Origin: an uncultured bacterium
Lineage (GTDB): Bacteria > Patescibacteriota > Patescibacteriia > Patescibacteriales > UBA12465
Assembly (NCBI GenBank): GCA_903874345.1
Contig: CAIQRY010000065.1
Coordinates: forward strand, 2,679-66,678
Direction: 5' to 3'
DNA length: 64,000 nt
Below are positions 1-10,773 of this stretch, in pieces. Made by a program: the position numbers and the translations under genes. The notes beneath the pieces were generated by a model. It had not been told where the DNA came from. It saw nothing but the letters and a program-made list of their open reading frames with translations, and searched no databases. Numbering within the stretch: position 1 is the first letter of the stretch; every line of letters begins with the position of its first letter.

Positions 1-144
1 TAAATCATCAATCAATTGCAGAAACATGCCGCGGTTAGAACGAAAAACCGAAAGACGCGGTCTCTCTGGCGTGCCCGTTATTTTCGAGCGCACGCGAGCG
101 TGCCGACGGGCCTGTTGGGTTTGTTTAACTTTATTTTTATCCAT
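1..144 (-). CDS. rplR: 50S ribosomal protein L18 (5' part; runs off window)
   Basis: Manual translation [47 protein letters not shown]; follows rplF. Confidence 0.93.
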   Translation of the reverse strand, partial: MDKNKVKQTQQARRHARVRSKITGTPERPRLSVFRSNRGMFLQLIDDL

Positions 145-165
145 ATAATTACTTATTTACGGTTT

Positions 166-711
166 TTATTTGCCTTTTGCCGCGGCTTTACCCGCCTTGC
201 GTCTAATAATCTCATCGGAATATTTAATACCCTTCCCTTTATACGGTTCGGGCTTACGAATTTTTCTAATCTGAGCCGCAGTTTCGCCCACTAAACTTTT
301 ATCCGCGCCGCTTAAGGTAATCACGTTCCCCTCAACCAAGGCATTAATTCCCGTCGGTAATTTGAATTCTACCGGATGAGAAAAGCCTAAACTCATATTT
401 AATTGGCGTCCGGCCACCGCGGCACGGTAACCAACACCATTAATTTCTAATTTTTTAATAAAACCAACCGAGGCGCCCTCAACCGCATTCTTCACTAAAC
501 TCCAAATCAAACCCCAATGGGCACTAGCATTTTTAGCCTCTCGGTCATAAGGCGCGACAATTACTTCTTGACCCACAACCTTAACCTCAATTAAAGAATT
601 GGCCGCTAAGCGCAACTCACCCTTCGGACCTTTGAAAATCATTTCTTTGTCCGAAATAGTCGCTTGAACGCCGGCAGGTAATTTAATTGGCAGTTTTCCT
701 AAACGTGACAT
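166..711 (-). CDS. rplF: 50S ribosomal protein L6
   Basis: MSRLGKLPI, GVGYRA, RKPEPYKGKGIKY motifs. Confidence 0.98.
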   Translation of the reverse strand: MSRLGKLPIKLPAGVQATISDKEMIFKGPKGELRLAANSLIEVKVVGQEVIVAPYDREAKNASAHWGLIWSLVKNAVEGASVGFIKKLEINGVGYRAAVAGRQLNMSLGFSHPVEFKLPTGINALVEGNVITLSGADKSLVGETAAQIRKIRKPEPYKGKGIKYSDEIIRRKAGKAAAKGK

Positions 712-732
712 ATGATAAGACTTAAATGTTAA

Positions 733-1143
733 TTAAAAAATTTCTCCAATTACTTCGCCGCCGACTTTCTGTTTCTTCGCTTCTTTATTAGTCATCAGTC
801 CACGAGAAGTCGAAATAATGGCGATACCATAATTATTCAAAACGGTCGGGAGTTCATCATGTGAAACATAAATCCGTAGTCCCGGACGACTGACACGGGA
901 AATAGAGGTAATTTGCGGTTTACCGTTCTTGCGATATTTCAAATCAATTTTGATTTCATCAAAATTCGTTCGGCGACCAGCCAAACCACCGGGTAGAATA
1001 ACAACCTTCTTAACCCAGCCTTCGGTTTCCAAAATCTTGGCCACCTCATATTTTAATTTTGATAACGGCAAAACAATCTCCGGTTTTTTAACCGCGGAGG
1101 CGTTTCTGATTCTGGTGAACATGTCTGCGATGGGATCCATCAT
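733..1143 (-). CDS. rpsH: 30S ribosomal protein S8
   Basis: DPIADMFTRIRNA, SRPGLRIY, STSRGLMT. Confidence 0.98.
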   Translation of the reverse strand: MMDPIADMFTRIRNASAVKKPEIVLPLSKLKYEVAKILETEGWVKKVVILPGGLAGRRTNFDEIKIDLKYRKNGKPQITSISRVSRPGLRIYVSHDELPTVLNNYGIAIISTSRGLMTNKEAKKQKVGGEVIGEIF

Positions 1144-1164
1144 ATTTTTATTTAAATAATTTAT

Positions 1165-1350
1165 TTACCAGCTGGATTTTCTAATACCCGGCAAATCGCC
1201 GTTATCAGCCAATTCCCGAAAACAAATACGGCACAATTTAAAATCGCGCATATAGCCGTGGTTGCGGCCACAACGCCAGCAACGGTTGATTTTACGGGTC
1301 GAAAATTTTGGTTTTCTTTTCGCTTTTACAATTAATGCTGTTCTCGCCAT
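1165..1350 (-). CDS. rpsN: 30S ribosomal protein S14, Zn-binding type Z
   Basis: 61 aa from MARTAL; CWRCGR...CRICFRE zinc motif. Confidence 0.96.
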   Translation of the reverse strand: MARTALIVKAKRKPKFSTRKINRCWRCGRNHGYMRDFKLCRICFRELADNGDLPGIRKSSW

Positions 1351-1360
1351 AATATTTAAA

Positions 1361-1906
1361 TTATTTGCTGTCTTTTTTAAAGGGGAAACCAATTAAGTGG
1401 AAAAGTTCCAAACCCTCTTCCCGATTTCGCGCCGTCGTCGATAAGCAGACTTCCAAACCAAACAAATTACTGACATCTTCGGCTTTAATTTCCGGAAAAG
1501 AAGCATATTCTTTCAAGCCAACGGTTAAATTACCACTGCGATCAACGGATTTAGCGCTAATCCCGCGAAAATCGCGGACGCGCGGAAAAGTAATGCCCAC
1601 TAATTTTTCCACAAAATCATACATTCTTTGACCACGTAAGGTTACCTTCGCGCCAATCGTCATTCCTTCTCTGATTTTAAAAGCGGAGACTGATTTTTTG
1701 GCCGTGGTAAAAACCGGCTTTTGGCCGCTAATCTTAAGTAAGCCCTGTTCGACGCTAGTTAAAAATTCTTTTTCCTTGGCATGAGCGCCACAGCCCACAT
1801 TAATCACCACCTTGCTTAAGCGCGGCACAAGCATGTCATTTTTGAATCCGAATTTTTCCTCCATCTTCGGGACAATCTGTTTTTTATATTGTTCTTTTAA
1901 TCTCAT
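1361..1906 (-). CDS. rplE: 50S ribosomal protein L5
   Basis: [29 protein letters not shown]. Confidence 0.98.
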   Translation of the reverse strand: MRLKEQYKKQIVPKMEEKFGFKNDMLVPRLSKVVINVGCGAHAKEKEFLTSVEQGLLKISGQKPVFTTAKKSVSAFKIREGMTIGAKVTLRGQRMYDFVEKLVGITFPRVRDFRGISAKSVDRSGNLTVGLKEYASFPEIKAEDVSNLFGLEVCLSTTARNREEGLELFHLIGFPFKKDSK

Positions 1907-1916
1907 ATAGATTTAA

Positions 1917-2240
1917 TTACTCAATGATTTCTCCGCATTTGCGGCAGACGCGAACTTTCTTATCTTTCTTCCCTTCAATTTTCATAGTTTTAAAACCTAA
2001 GCGTGTCGCGCGACCACATTTTGCGCAGACCACCGCGACGTTAGACGCGTTAATAAAGGCCGGAAATTCAATCCGCTGTCCTTTTTCGCCTTCGCGACGG
2101 GGGCGCAAATGCTTAATCAGTAAATTCAAGCCTTCGACGCTGATGCGGCCCTCCTGAGGCATCACTTGCAAAACCTTGCCGATCTTGCCTCGGTCCTTGC
2201 CCGCTAAAATTTTTACTTTGTCATTCTTTTTGATATTCAT
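1917..2240 (-). CDS. rplX: 50S ribosomal protein L24
   Basis: KOW motif [21 protein letters not shown]; C-terminal CxxC...CxxC. Confidence 0.97.
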   Translation of the reverse strand: MNIKKNDKVKILAGKDRGKIGKVLQVMPQEGRISVEGLNLLIKHLRPRREGEKGQRIEFPAFINASNVAVVCAKCGRATRLGFKTMKIEGKKDKKVRVCRKCGEIIE

Positions 2241-2261
2241 ATATTTCGAAACAAGCCGAAT

Positions 2262-2636
2262 TTATAAAACTTCTGGGGCCAGTGAGGCGATTTTTACAAA
2301 ACCCGCCTTTCTGACTTCACGCGCCACTGGTCCAAAGATACGGGTTCCTTTCGGATCCTTCTTCTCTAAATCCGTAATAATCACGCAAGCGTTATCATCA
2401 AAACGTAAATAAGAACCATCCGCCCGGCGGATTTCCTTCTTCGTCCGAACCACCACCGCTTTGACGACATCACTTTTCTTAACAGCGGCATGAGGCACAG
2501 CGCTTTTCACCGCCGCCACGATAATATCACCGACGCCGGCATAGCGTCTCTTATAACCGCCCAAAACACGAATGCACTGGACTTCTTTGGCGCCGGAATT
2601 ATCGGCTACTTTTAAATAGGTTTGAACCTGAACCAT
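2262..2636 (-). CDS. rplN: 50S ribosomal protein L14
   Basis: [27 protein letters not shown]. Confidence 0.98.
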   Translation of the reverse strand: MVQVQTYLKVADNSGAKEVQCIRVLGGYKRRYAGVGDIIVAAVKSAVPHAAVKKSDVVKAVVVRTKKEIRRADGSYLRFDDNACVIITDLEKKDPKGTRIFGPVAREVRKAGFVKIASLAPEVL

Positions 2637-2640
2637 ATAA

Positions 2641-2886
2641 TTATTGATTTATAACTCGCCATCTTTTATCACGACTTAAAGGTCGGCACTCGACAAACGC
2701 GACTTTATCGCCAACTTGATACTGATTTTTCTCGTCGTGTACTTTATAATGACGACTAACCACATACCGTTTTTGATATTTCGGATGCTTTTTAACATTT
2801 TCCACTTTGACGACAATCGTTTTCGCATTACTATTGCTAATCACGACGCCCTGGAATTGTTTTTTGATAATCGGATTCGTGGCCAT
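2641..2886 (-). CDS. rpsQ: 30S ribosomal protein S17
   Basis: [22 protein letters not shown]. Confidence 0.97.
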   Translation of the reverse strand: MATNPIIKKQFQGVVISNSNAKTIVVKVENVKKHPKYQKRYVVSRHYKVHDEKNQYQVGDKVAFVECRPLSRDKRWRVINQ

Positions 2887-2887
2887 A

Positions 2888-3073
2888 TTATTTTTTCTTA
2901 TTAACTAAGGTTAAGATCTGCGCCATCTGTTGTTTAGTCGCCCGAATCTCCCGAACATTCTTCAGTTGCTTATTCGAATCTTTAAAACGCAAATCGCGTA
3001 ATTTTTCACGGCCCGCGGCGAGTAACTTCGCCAGTTCCGCCTGATCTTTAGTTTTTAGTTCTTTAAAATCCAT
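2888..3073 (-). CDS. rpmC: 50S ribosomal protein L29
   Basis: 61 aa helical protein KELK...LRF...IR..K..MAQILT between rplP and rpsQ. Confidence 0.93.
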   Translation of the reverse strand: MDFKELKTKDQAELAKLLAAGREKLRDLRFKDSNKQLKNVREIRATKQQMAQILTLVNKKK

Positions 3074-3095
3074 ATATTTAAATCAGAAACAAAAA

Positions 3096-3503
3096 TTATT
3101 CTTTACTGATAAATTGGCACTTCACCGGTAATTTGTGTCCGGCGAGTTCCATTGCTTTCTTCGCTGTCGCCTTATCAAGCCCTTCCATTTCAAACATCAC
3201 CATGCCCGGCTTCACAATGGCGACATAAAAATCAACCGCCCCCTTACCTTTACCCATCGGCATTTCACTGCCATGCGCGGTAACCGGCTTATCCGGAAAA
3301 ATACGAATCCAAATCTTACCGCCTTTTTTGACGTATTTCGTCATCACGCGACGGGCGGCTTCAATTTGACGAGAAGTGACCCAGCAAGCCGTTAAGCTCT
3401 TCAAGCCATAGCTACCAAAACTGATGTTAAGATAACGACTGGCCTTACCGCCACGACGGCGTTTCTGGTCTTTTCTCCATTTAGTTTTCTTAGGCATTAA
3501 CAT
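3096..3503 (-). CDS. rplP: 50S ribosomal protein L16
   Basis: [33 protein letters not shown]. Confidence 0.98.
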   Translation of the reverse strand: MLMPKKTKWRKDQKRRRGGKASRYLNISFGSYGLKSLTACWVTSRQIEAARRVMTKYVKKGGKIWIRIFPDKPVTAHGSEMPMGKGKGAVDFYVAIVKPGMVMFEMEGLDKATAKKAMELAGHKLPVKCQFISKE

Positions 3504-3527
3504 ATGGGCGTGTCCTTATTTATTTTT

Positions 3528-4208
3528 TTAATTGGCAATGACTTCGCCTTTTTTCTCCTGATCTTTGGCGAAGACTTCCCCTTTATAAATCCAAACTTTA
3601 ATTCCGATGGCGCCATAACTGGTATGCGCCGCACCGCGAGCATAATCAATATCAGCGCGTAAGGTCTGAAGCGGTACTTTACCCCAAACTAATTTTTCCG
3701 TGCGCGCGATTTCCGCACCGTTTAGGCGACCACCGATAACGACCTTAGCGCCTAAAGCGCCGGCCCGTTCGATTTTATTTAAGGTCTGCTTCATCACTTT
3801 ACGGAAAGGGGTTCTTTTTTCAATATCTAAAATCATGGTCTGGACAATAATCTGCGCGCTTAAATTCGGTCGGCTGAATTCTTTAATATTCAAGCTGATT
3901 TCGCCCATGCGGAAATTTTTCAAAAATTTAACGTGTAATTTCTTTTTTAATTCTTCAACACCATTACCGCCTCGGCCAATGATCAACCCCGGCTTAGCCG
4001 TCGTGATATTAATCGCAATCTTATTCAAGCTCCGAACAATTTCCACCTGATCAATCCCGGCTTCTTTAAATTCCCGGATCATATATTTCCGGATATAAAT
4101 ATCTTGTTTGATGTTGGCAATATATTTATCGCCACGTTCAAACCAGACGGACGGCCAGGTCTTAATGACACCTAAACGGAATACTTTTGGATTAACTTGT
4201 TTGCCCAT
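3528..4208 (-). CDS. rpsC: 30S ribosomal protein S3
   Basis: GKQVNPKVFRLG, GRLNGAEIAR, PLQTLRADIDY. Confidence 0.98.
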   Translation of the reverse strand: MGKQVNPKVFRLGVIKTWPSVWFERGDKYIANIKQDIYIRKYMIREFKEAGIDQVEIVRSLNKIAINITTAKPGLIIGRGGNGVEELKKKLHVKFLKNFRMGEISLNIKEFSRPNLSAQIIVQTMILDIEKRTPFRKVMKQTLNKIERAGALGAKVVIGGRLNGAEIARTEKLVWGKVPLQTLRADIDYARGAAHTSYGAIGIKVWIYKGEVFAKDQEKKGEVIAN

Positions 4209-4253
4209 ATATATAGCAATTACGAATTACGAATTAATAATTATCTTTAAATA

Positions 4254-4760
4254 TTAACCAGCCTTACGTCTAAACATTTTTGCTTTTTCACCCGCTGCCT
4301 TCTGACCTTTTTCTTTAACGGCTTTAAGCGCGCTTTTGGCCGTCGCTTTTTCGCCTTCCTTAGCTAGTTTTTCTAATTTAACCGGGTCCGCAACTTTAAC
4401 AACTTTCTTTTCGCTTTTGCCGCTCGCTTTGATTTCGCTTAAAATCAAAGTTAAATGGCAACCGCGTTTTCGAATCGCTGTGGCGCGACCATGCGCCCGC
4501 GGCATCCAACGCTTAAGCATCACGCCTTCGTCGGACATAATTTCTTTAATATATAAATTGCTGCGTTCTAAACTATAAGTATTCTCCGCGTTGGCAATCG
4601 CCGATTTGATTAACTTCGCAATCGGTTCGGCTGCCAATTTATTAATAAACTGGAGCTGATCCAAGGCCGTATCAACCGGCATTTTGCGGATAATATCAAT
4701 CACCAAACGGGCTTTCCGCGGCGACATTCTCAAATGTTTTAAGTTAGCTTTAACTTCCAT
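4254..4760 (-). CDS. rplV: 50S ribosomal protein L22 with Lys/Ala-rich C-terminal extension
   Basis: MSPRKARLV, SAIANA, PRAHGRA. Confidence 0.97.
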   Translation of the reverse strand: MEVKANLKHLRMSPRKARLVIDIIRKMPVDTALDQLQFINKLAAEPIAKLIKSAIANAENTYSLERSNLYIKEIMSDEGVMLKRWMPRAHGRATAIRKRGCHLTLILSEIKASGKSEKKVVKVADPVKLEKLAKEGEKATAKSALKAVKEKGQKAAGEKAKMFRRKAG

Positions 4761-4772
4761 ATTTGTGTAAAA

Positions 4773-5063
4773 TTATTTTTTTTGATCCGCGGCCTGCGTC
4801 TTAGCCATCTTTCCGCCGTGACTCACAAATTTGCGAGTTAAGGAAAATTCGCCTAAACGATGACCAACCATATTTTCCACCACATAAACTGGAACGTGAG
4901 TCTTGCCGTTATGCACGCCCAAAGTAAAACCCACCATTTCGGGCGTAATTGTACAGGCGCGATCCCAAACCTTAAGCACGGTTTTATCTCCCGGACGCAA
5001 ATTTTTTATTTTATTCACGAGGCGCAAATTGACATAAGGCCCCTTTTTCAAACTTCTGGACAT
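4773..5063 (-). CDS. rpsS: 30S ribosomal protein S19
   Basis: RSLKKGPYV, HNGK, MVGHRLGEF. Confidence 0.98.
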   Translation of the reverse strand: MSRSLKKGPYVNLRLVNKIKNLRPGDKTVLKVWDRACTITPEMVGFTLGVHNGKTHVPVYVVENMVGHRLGEFSLTRKFVSHGGKMAKTQAADQKK

Positions 5064-5081
5064 ATTTTATCTAATGATTAA

Positions 5082-5918
5082 TTATTTGCGTTTACTGCGA
5101 CGTTTAACAATTAAGCGGTTTGAGCGACGTTTCTTTCTAGTCTTAACGCCCAAAGCCGGTTTACCCCAAATGGTTTTCGGATGACGCAAGCCAATCGGCT
5201 GGTTACCTTCACCACCACCATGCGGATGATCAACCGGATTCATCGCCGTACCACGAACCGTCGGACGAATACCTAAATAACGGCTGCGACCGGCCTTGCC
5301 TAAAGAAATATGACGTTTATCCGGGTTGGACGCTTGGCCGACCGTGCATAAACATTCTTTCTTAACAAGACGAATTTCACCGGACGGCATTTTTAACTGG
5401 GCATATTTTCCTTCCACGCCCATGACATAAACTAAATTACCGGCGCCGCGCGCAATTTTCGCGCCCTGACCCGGTTCGAGCTCAACACTCGAGACTGGCA
5501 AGCCAGCCGGAATATATTGAAGCGGCAAAGCATTGCCGACTTTAATTTCAATTAAACTCTTGGAACTCATCACTTGATCGCCAACTTTTAAATCAACCGG
5601 AGCGACAATATAACGTTTTGCGCCATCAACATAATGAAGTAAGGCTAAACGCGCTCCACGACCCGGATCATATTCAATCGCCGCGACCTTAGCCGGGACG
5701 TCAAATTTATCACGATTAAAGTCAACTAAACGGATATAACGTTTCGCGCCGCCGCCATGATGACGAACAGTAATTTTACCGGTCGAATTACGACCGCCTT
5801 GTCTTTTTCTAATCATGACCAGGCTTTTTTCCGGGGTAAACTTCGTTAAATCTTTAAAATCATCAAAAGTTGCCTCTCGTCTGCCTGGTGTATTCGCTTT
5901 TACTTTTTTAATACCCAT
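5082..5918 (-). CDS. rplB: 50S ribosomal protein L2
   Basis: IEYDPGR, RGTAMNPVDHPHGGGEG. Confidence 0.99.
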   Translation of the reverse strand: MGIKKVKANTPGRREATFDDFKDLTKFTPEKSLVMIRKRQGGRNSTGKITVRHHGGGAKRYIRLVDFNRDKFDVPAKVAAIEYDPGRGARLALLHYVDGAKRYIVAPVDLKVGDQVMSSKSLIEIKVGNALPLQYIPAGLPVSSVELEPGQGAKIARGAGNLVYVMGVEGKYAQLKMPSGEIRLVKKECLCTVGQASNPDKRHISLGKAGRSRYLGIRPTVRGTAMNPVDHPHGGGEGNQPIGLRHPKTIWGKPALGVKTRKKRRSNRLIVKRRSKRK

Positions 5919-5927
5919 ATTGGTTTA

Positions 5928-6383
5928 TTAAACGCCTTCGTAAATTTTAATGGTTTCTCCTTTCGGCAAAGTGACAATCGCTTTCTTCGAATCACTGCGT
6001 TGTCCGCTGATTCGACCGCGCGTCACAAATTTGCCTTTCGATTTAATAATGTTAACCTGGGTCGGATGAACACCGTAAGTATCAGCCACGGCTTTCGCGA
6101 CCGAAATTTTATTGGCACTCGGATTAACAATAAAAACGTATTTATTTTCTGCGCCCAGAATACTGGCTTTTTCCGTAACAAGCGGTTTAATTAAAATGCG
6201 ATAGGAATTGCCGAAGCGTACCGGAGAGACTTTCTTGCCGCTCGCCGTCTTCACGCTTTTAGGCGCTTCGCTATAAAGATCCTGCATCGAAGTCGCCTCT
6301 GGCGCGGCTTTCGGCTTAGCAACCTTAGCAGTTTTAGCCACGGGTTTCTTATCTTCTGTTTTTTTATTTCCAAATAAAGCCAT
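5928..6383 (-). CDS. rplW: 50S ribosomal protein L23 with N-terminal extension
   Basis: PLVTEKA, NKYVF, KKAIVTL; ~55-aa extra N-terminus. Confidence 0.95.
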   Translation of the reverse strand: MALFGNKKTEDKKPVAKTAKVAKPKAAPEATSMQDLYSEAPKSVKTASGKKVSPVRFGNSYRILIKPLVTEKASILGAENKYVFIVNPSANKISVAKAVADTYGVHPTQVNIIKSKGKFVTRGRISGQRSDSKKAIVTLPKGETIKIYEGV

Positions 6384-6387
6384 ATAT

Positions 6388-7038
6388 TTATTTTTGATAA
6401 CGGGTCGTTAAAGTCGCGACGGCCCCTTCGGTCAGTAATAAATTCTTATAATTCAATAAGTCGACTAAATTGATATTTTCCAAATTAATGATTTTAACGC
6501 CGGCTAAATTACGACCGGAGTACTTAGCCTTTTCATTCTTCGCATCATTAACGACTAAAAGATTACGGCGATCATTCTTTAAAACTTTTTTCTCCACCGC
6601 CGTTACCATAGCGTTAAACAACTTAGTTTTATAATCTTTAAATTCTAAATTATCCAAGACAACTAAAGAATCATTTGCTACCTTGTCCGATAAAGCCATA
6701 AATAAGGCCTTCTGTTTCATTTTCTGATTAATCTTCTTTTTAAAATTGCGATCTTTCGTCGGGCCAAAGACGATACCACCGCCAATCCAAATCGGCGAAC
6801 GACTCGAACCAACGCGCGCCCGACCAGTTCCTTTCTGTTTCCACGGTTTCTTACCACCACCGCGCACTTCACTGCGATCCTTAGTATGGGCTAAAACCTG
6901 ACGTTCATTCGCCATTTGCGCGACGAGCGCCTGATGCAATAACTCATTATTCGGTTTAACGCCAAAAAGCTTGGCGCTTAAATCCAAATCTTTAACGGCT
7001 TCGGCAGACTGATTATAAACTTTTATCTTGATGGACAT
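6388..7038 (-). CDS. rplD: 50S ribosomal protein L4
   Basis: TKDRSEVRGGGKKPWKQKGTGRAR. Confidence 0.98.
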   Translation of the reverse strand: MSIKIKVYNQSAEAVKDLDLSAKLFGVKPNNELLHQALVAQMANERQVLAHTKDRSEVRGGGKKPWKQKGTGRARVGSSRSPIWIGGGIVFGPTKDRNFKKKINQKMKQKALFMALSDKVANDSLVVLDNLEFKDYKTKLFNAMVTAVEKKVLKNDRRNLLVVNDAKNEKAKYSGRNLAGVKIINLENINLVDLLNYKNLLLTEGAVATLTTRYQK

Positions 7039-7055
7039 ATATAAACTTTCTTAAA

Positions 7056-7814
7056 TTACTTATTATTTTCAGTCACGTTATTTTCAGTCACGGCTGAAGT
7101 CGCCTCGATATTTTCAGGAGTCACCGCGGGAGTTGTCTCGATATTTTCCTCTACGGCAACTGGCGCTACCGCTTCCGGCGCCGCTTGATTAACGACTAAT
7201 TCTCCCTGACCATTAATCAAAGCTAAGCCATTAATCGCGCCCGGAACCGCCCCCTTGATAAATAAAATATTCTTCGCTTCATCAATACTAATAATTTCTA
7301 AATTAGTCGTCGTGACCCGATCGCCACCCATACGACCGCCCATCCGCGTTCCTTTAAAAACATGAGCCGGACCTTTCGGACCAATGGAACCGCCCATTCT
7401 TTCTTGGTCCTTGTTACCATGTGTTTTTCTAAAACCATGGAAATGATGGCGCTTAACCACACCTTGAAAACCCTTTCCTTTTGAGGTCGCGGTCACATTA
7501 ACAATATCACCGACTTTAAAAGTCTTAACAGTAATCACATCGCCGGCTTTAAAATTAGCCGCCTCTTCCGTTCTAAATTCACGGACATGAGCCGGCAAAA
7601 TATTCAAACTCTTGAAATGGCCTAATTGCGGTTTATTAATATTCTTCGCCTGGCGCGTACCATAAGCCAACTGCAAAGCGTTATAACCGTCTTTAGCTTT
7701 GGTTTTAACCTGAGTAACGACACAAGGACCGGCTTGGACGGGCGTCACGCCAAAAACCTTATCACCGCTCCAGATCTGGGTCATGCTCATTTTTTTACCG
7801 CTGATAAATTTCAT
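7056..7814 (-). CDS. rplC: 50S ribosomal protein L3 with acidic repetitive tail
   Basis: DGYNALQL, SKGKGFQGVVKRH, KGAVPG. Confidence 0.98.
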   Translation of the reverse strand: MKFISGKKMSMTQIWSGDKVFGVTPVQAGPCVVTQVKTKAKDGYNALQLAYGTRQAKNINKPQLGHFKSLNILPAHVREFRTEEAANFKAGDVITVKTFKVGDIVNVTATSKGKGFQGVVKRHHFHGFRKTHGNKDQERMGGSIGPKGPAHVFKGTRMGGRMGGDRVTTTNLEIISIDEAKNILFIKGAVPGAINGLALINGQGELVVNQAAPEAVAPVAVEENIETTPAVTPENIEATSAVTENNVTENNK

Positions 7815-8035
7815 ATGTTTTCTCTCCCTTTTACTAATTAAAAATAAAAGCTGGTCCTAGTAACCAGCGCAAAAAAACTTTAAAACAATAAAAACGGAAT
7901 TTATTTCCAATTATATTATTTTTTATTTAGCGCTGATTTACCTCCAATTTTAGCTAATATTTACTTAAACACTTTCCTTGTTGCCAGAGTTATTCAAGCT
8001 CACATTAGCTTAATTAATATTTCTTTTTTATTCTA

Positions 8036-8371
8036 CTACATTTTTATTTCCACGTCAACCCCGGCCGGTAGGCTCAAATTCGTCAAATCTTCGATGGTTT
8101 TCGCGGTCGGATCAATAATATCAATCATGCGTTTATGAATCCGCATTTCATATTGATCGCGAGCATCTTTATGCACAAAAGTAGAGCGATTAACCGTATA
8201 TTTCCGTTTTTCCGTCGGCAGTGGAATCGGCCCGAAAAATTGGGCGTCGGAACGTTCAATCGTTTCGATGATCGTTTTTGTGGACTGATCAATAATCTTA
8301 TGATCAAAAGCCTTGATCTTGATTCTGATCCGCTGTTTAAATTCTTTTTCGTCTTTTTTGTTGTCGGACAT
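8036..8371 (-). CDS. rpsJ: 30S ribosomal protein S10 (NusE)
   Basis: [25 protein letters not shown]. Confidence 0.98.
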   Translation of the reverse strand: MSDNKKDEKEFKQRIRIKIKAFDHKIIDQSTKTIIETIERSDAQFFGPIPLPTEKRKYTVNRSTFVHKDARDQYEMRIHKRMIDIIDPTAKTIEDLTNLSLPAGVDVEIKM

Positions 8372-8438
8372 AGTTAATTTTTTAAATTGACACTACAACC
8401 CCGCCCTTGAGTAAGAGCGGGGCAAAGTAACAATTTAA

Positions 8439-9626
8439 TTACTTCAAAATCTTAGTGACCGCGCCCGCGCCGACGGTTCTACCGCCTTCACGAATAGCGA
8501 ATCTCTGCTTCTCTTCCAAAGCAATCGGCGAAATTAACTTAATCGTTAAGTTAACGGTATCGCCAGGCATAACCATTTCCGTGCCGGCCGGTAAAGTAAT
8601 ATCACCGGTCACATCGGTCGTTCTGATATAGAACTGTGGTTTATAGCCATTGAAGAACGGTTTATGACGACCGCCTTCTTCCTTGGATAAAACATAAACT
8701 TCCGCGGTAAATTCAGAATGAGGAGTGATAGAACCTGGTTTACATAAAACCTGGCCACGTTCCACTTCATTCTTTTTTGTACCACGTAGCAAAATACCAG
8801 CATTGTCCCCGGCGCGACCTTCGTCTAATTGTTTATTAAACATTTCGATTCCGGTAACGGTGGTCTTTTTGGTATCCATTAAACCAACCATTTCTACTTC
8901 GTCGCCAACTTTAACGATACCTCTTTCGATACGACCAGTGACCACAGTGCCACGGCCTTCAATCGAGAAGATATCTTCAATCGGCATTAAATACGGTTGA
9001 TCAACGGCACGAACCGGCTCCGGAATATAGTCATCTAAAGCTTTAACTAAATCCATAATCGGCTGGGCATCAGGACCGGTCGGGTTCTCTAAGGCTTTCA
9101 AAGCCGAACCGCGAATAATCGGGGTCTTATCACCCGGGAATTCATATTTCTTAAGTAAATCACGAATTTCTTCTTCAACTAAGTCAATCAGTTCTTTATC
9201 TTCAACCATATCGCATTTATTCAAGAAGACAACGATATAAGGCACACCAACCTGTTTGGCGAGCAAGATATGTTCTCTGGTCTGCGGCATCGGGCCGTCA
9301 GTCGCCGCGACGACTAAAATCGCACCGTCCATCTGAGCGGCGCCCGTAATCATGTTTTTAACATAATCGGCGTGACCCGGACAATCAACGTGCGCATAGT
9401 GACGTTTTTCGGATTCATATTCGACGTGCGCGGTGGCGATGGTAATCCCTCTCGCTTTTTCTTCCGGCGCGGCATCGATTTCCCCGACACCCTTTTTGGA
9501 GGCCTTCATACCCTTGGCGCTTAAAACTGCCAAAAGAGCGGCCGTCAAAGTGGTTTTCCCATGATCAACGTGGCCGATAGTACCGACGTTAACATGGGGC
9601 TTGTTGCGTTCAAATTTGTCTGCCAT
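8439..9626 (-). CDS. tuf: Elongation factor Tu
   Basis: [31 protein letters not shown]. Confidence 0.99.
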   Translation of the reverse strand: MADKFERNKPHVNVGTIGHVDHGKTTLTAALLAVLSAKGMKASKKGVGEIDAAPEEKARGITIATAHVEYESEKRHYAHVDCPGHADYVKNMITGAAQMDGAILVVAATDGPMPQTREHILLAKQVGVPYIVVFLNKCDMVEDKELIDLVEEEIRDLLKKYEFPGDKTPIIRGSALKALENPTGPDAQPIMDLVKALDDYIPEPVRAVDQPYLMPIEDIFSIEGRGTVVTGRIERGIVKVGDEVEMVGLMDTKKTTVTGIEMFNKQLDEGRAGDNAGILLRGTKKNEVERGQVLCKPGSITPHSEFTAEVYVLSKEEGGRHKPFFNGYKPQFYIRTTDVTGDITLPAGTEMVMPGDTVNLTIKLISPIALEEKQRFAIREGGRTVGAGAVTKILK

Positions 9627-9728
9627 GTTTTTGTTGTACGGCCCCCGTTTCCACGGGGTTTCTTTCCTATATCTAGGAAACCAGCCGAACTTAATTAATT
9701 ATTTTAAATTATTGTAAATTATTTTGTC

Positions 9729-10103
9729 CTATTCTACTTCCTGGGCTTTTTCTTTAACTTGAGACGGAATTTGCCAAGGCTTCTTAGTCTTATTCTCTTC
9801 TCCCAGATACGGTGAATTTTCCCGATTTTTCCACATCGAGATTTCGCGATTAATTTTATCAGTTAAATCTTCTTCTGTCAAATTTTCTAAAATACTGGTT
9901 TTTTCTTTTTCTTTAGCCATTTCCGGAGCCACACTGGCGACCGGATGCGGCTGAGTCAAAACCTTGTTTTCGACCAAGCCGGCGTAATTATTTAAATCCA
10001 TAAGCACATAAGATTCGTCCGGCGTATTATGGTCAAACAGAATCACCCGATCACCGGTCGTCTTAATAAGATTAAGGATTTTTTTTAATTGCTCGGGAAA
10101 CAT
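9729..10103 (-). CDS. Hypothetical protein, N-terminus weakly Phd/YefM-like
   Basis: 124-aa ORF in line with the str operon; GDRVIL...YVLMDLNNY pattern. Confidence 0.6.
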   Translation of the reverse strand: MFPEQLKKILNLIKTTGDRVILFDHNTPDESYVLMDLNNYAGLVENKVLTQPHPVASVAPEMAKEKEKTSILENLTEEDLTDKINREISMWKNRENSPYLGEENKTKKPWQIPSQVKEKAQEVE

Positions 10104-10112
10104 ATATAAAAA

Positions 10113-10766
10113 TTAATTTCTTTGATCTAGCTTCTTCTCGCCGAAATAACGGACAACTCCATTAACCACCGGAACCAACTTTTCGATACAGATAATTTTA
10201 TCTTCTAAGCTTAGTTCTCCATAATCATCTCCATTTTTGAGAGGTTCCGGAATAATACTGCACATACCGAGCAAAAGCTTATAAGCCTCTTCATTCATCT
10301 TCATCTCTTCGCCTGGCAAAAGATTAATCGGGTCAAAATAATTTCTGAATTTAATAACGCCGGTCGCGAAATTAAGACCAAGTCGGTTATGGCTGTAATA
10401 AGCCTGTGCTTCCGGAGAAAGTTGCTCTAAATATTTTCCTTCCCAAACTCGGCGCGCGCCATGATCATCAAAATTATCGGTAATAATCGGGCTATCCAGA
10501 AAAGCTTCCATTTTCTCAAGTAAGCTTTGCAAATTAAGCTTTTCTTGAACACTTAAATTCTTATTGAACAAATTCCAATTCAAAGTAGCGGGTAAAGCAT
10601 CTTTAGCAATTTTTCTCTTCGGCTCCCGAAACTTAAATTCAACGCCTTCAAATTCTTTACCTTTAGCAATTATCTCCTTACGGATACGCATCTCAATCTC
10701 TTCCTTGGTCTCGACTTCTTTAGCCACCGTTTCTTGAACTAAGCTAGAAGAAAACTGCTCATTCAT
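10113..10766 (-). CDS. Hypothetical protein
   Basis: 217-aa ORF tightly packed downstream of fusA; no recognised motif. Confidence 0.65.
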   Translation of the reverse strand: MNEQFSSSLVQETVAKEVETKEEIEMRIRKEIIAKGKEFEGVEFKFREPKRKIAKDALPATLNWNLFNKNLSVQEKLNLQSLLEKMEAFLDSPIITDNFDDHGARRVWEGKYLEQLSPEAQAYYSHNRLGLNFATGVIKFRNYFDPINLLPGEEMKMNEEAYKLLLGMCSIIPEPLKNGDDYGELSLEDKIICIEKLVPVVNGVVRYFGEKKLDQRN

Positions 10767-10773
10767 ATATAAG

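Noticed and set aside
8399-8422. Terminator between tuf and rpsJ
   Set aside because: GC hairpin present but no good U-tract on the coding strand; more likely a stabilising or pause hairpin
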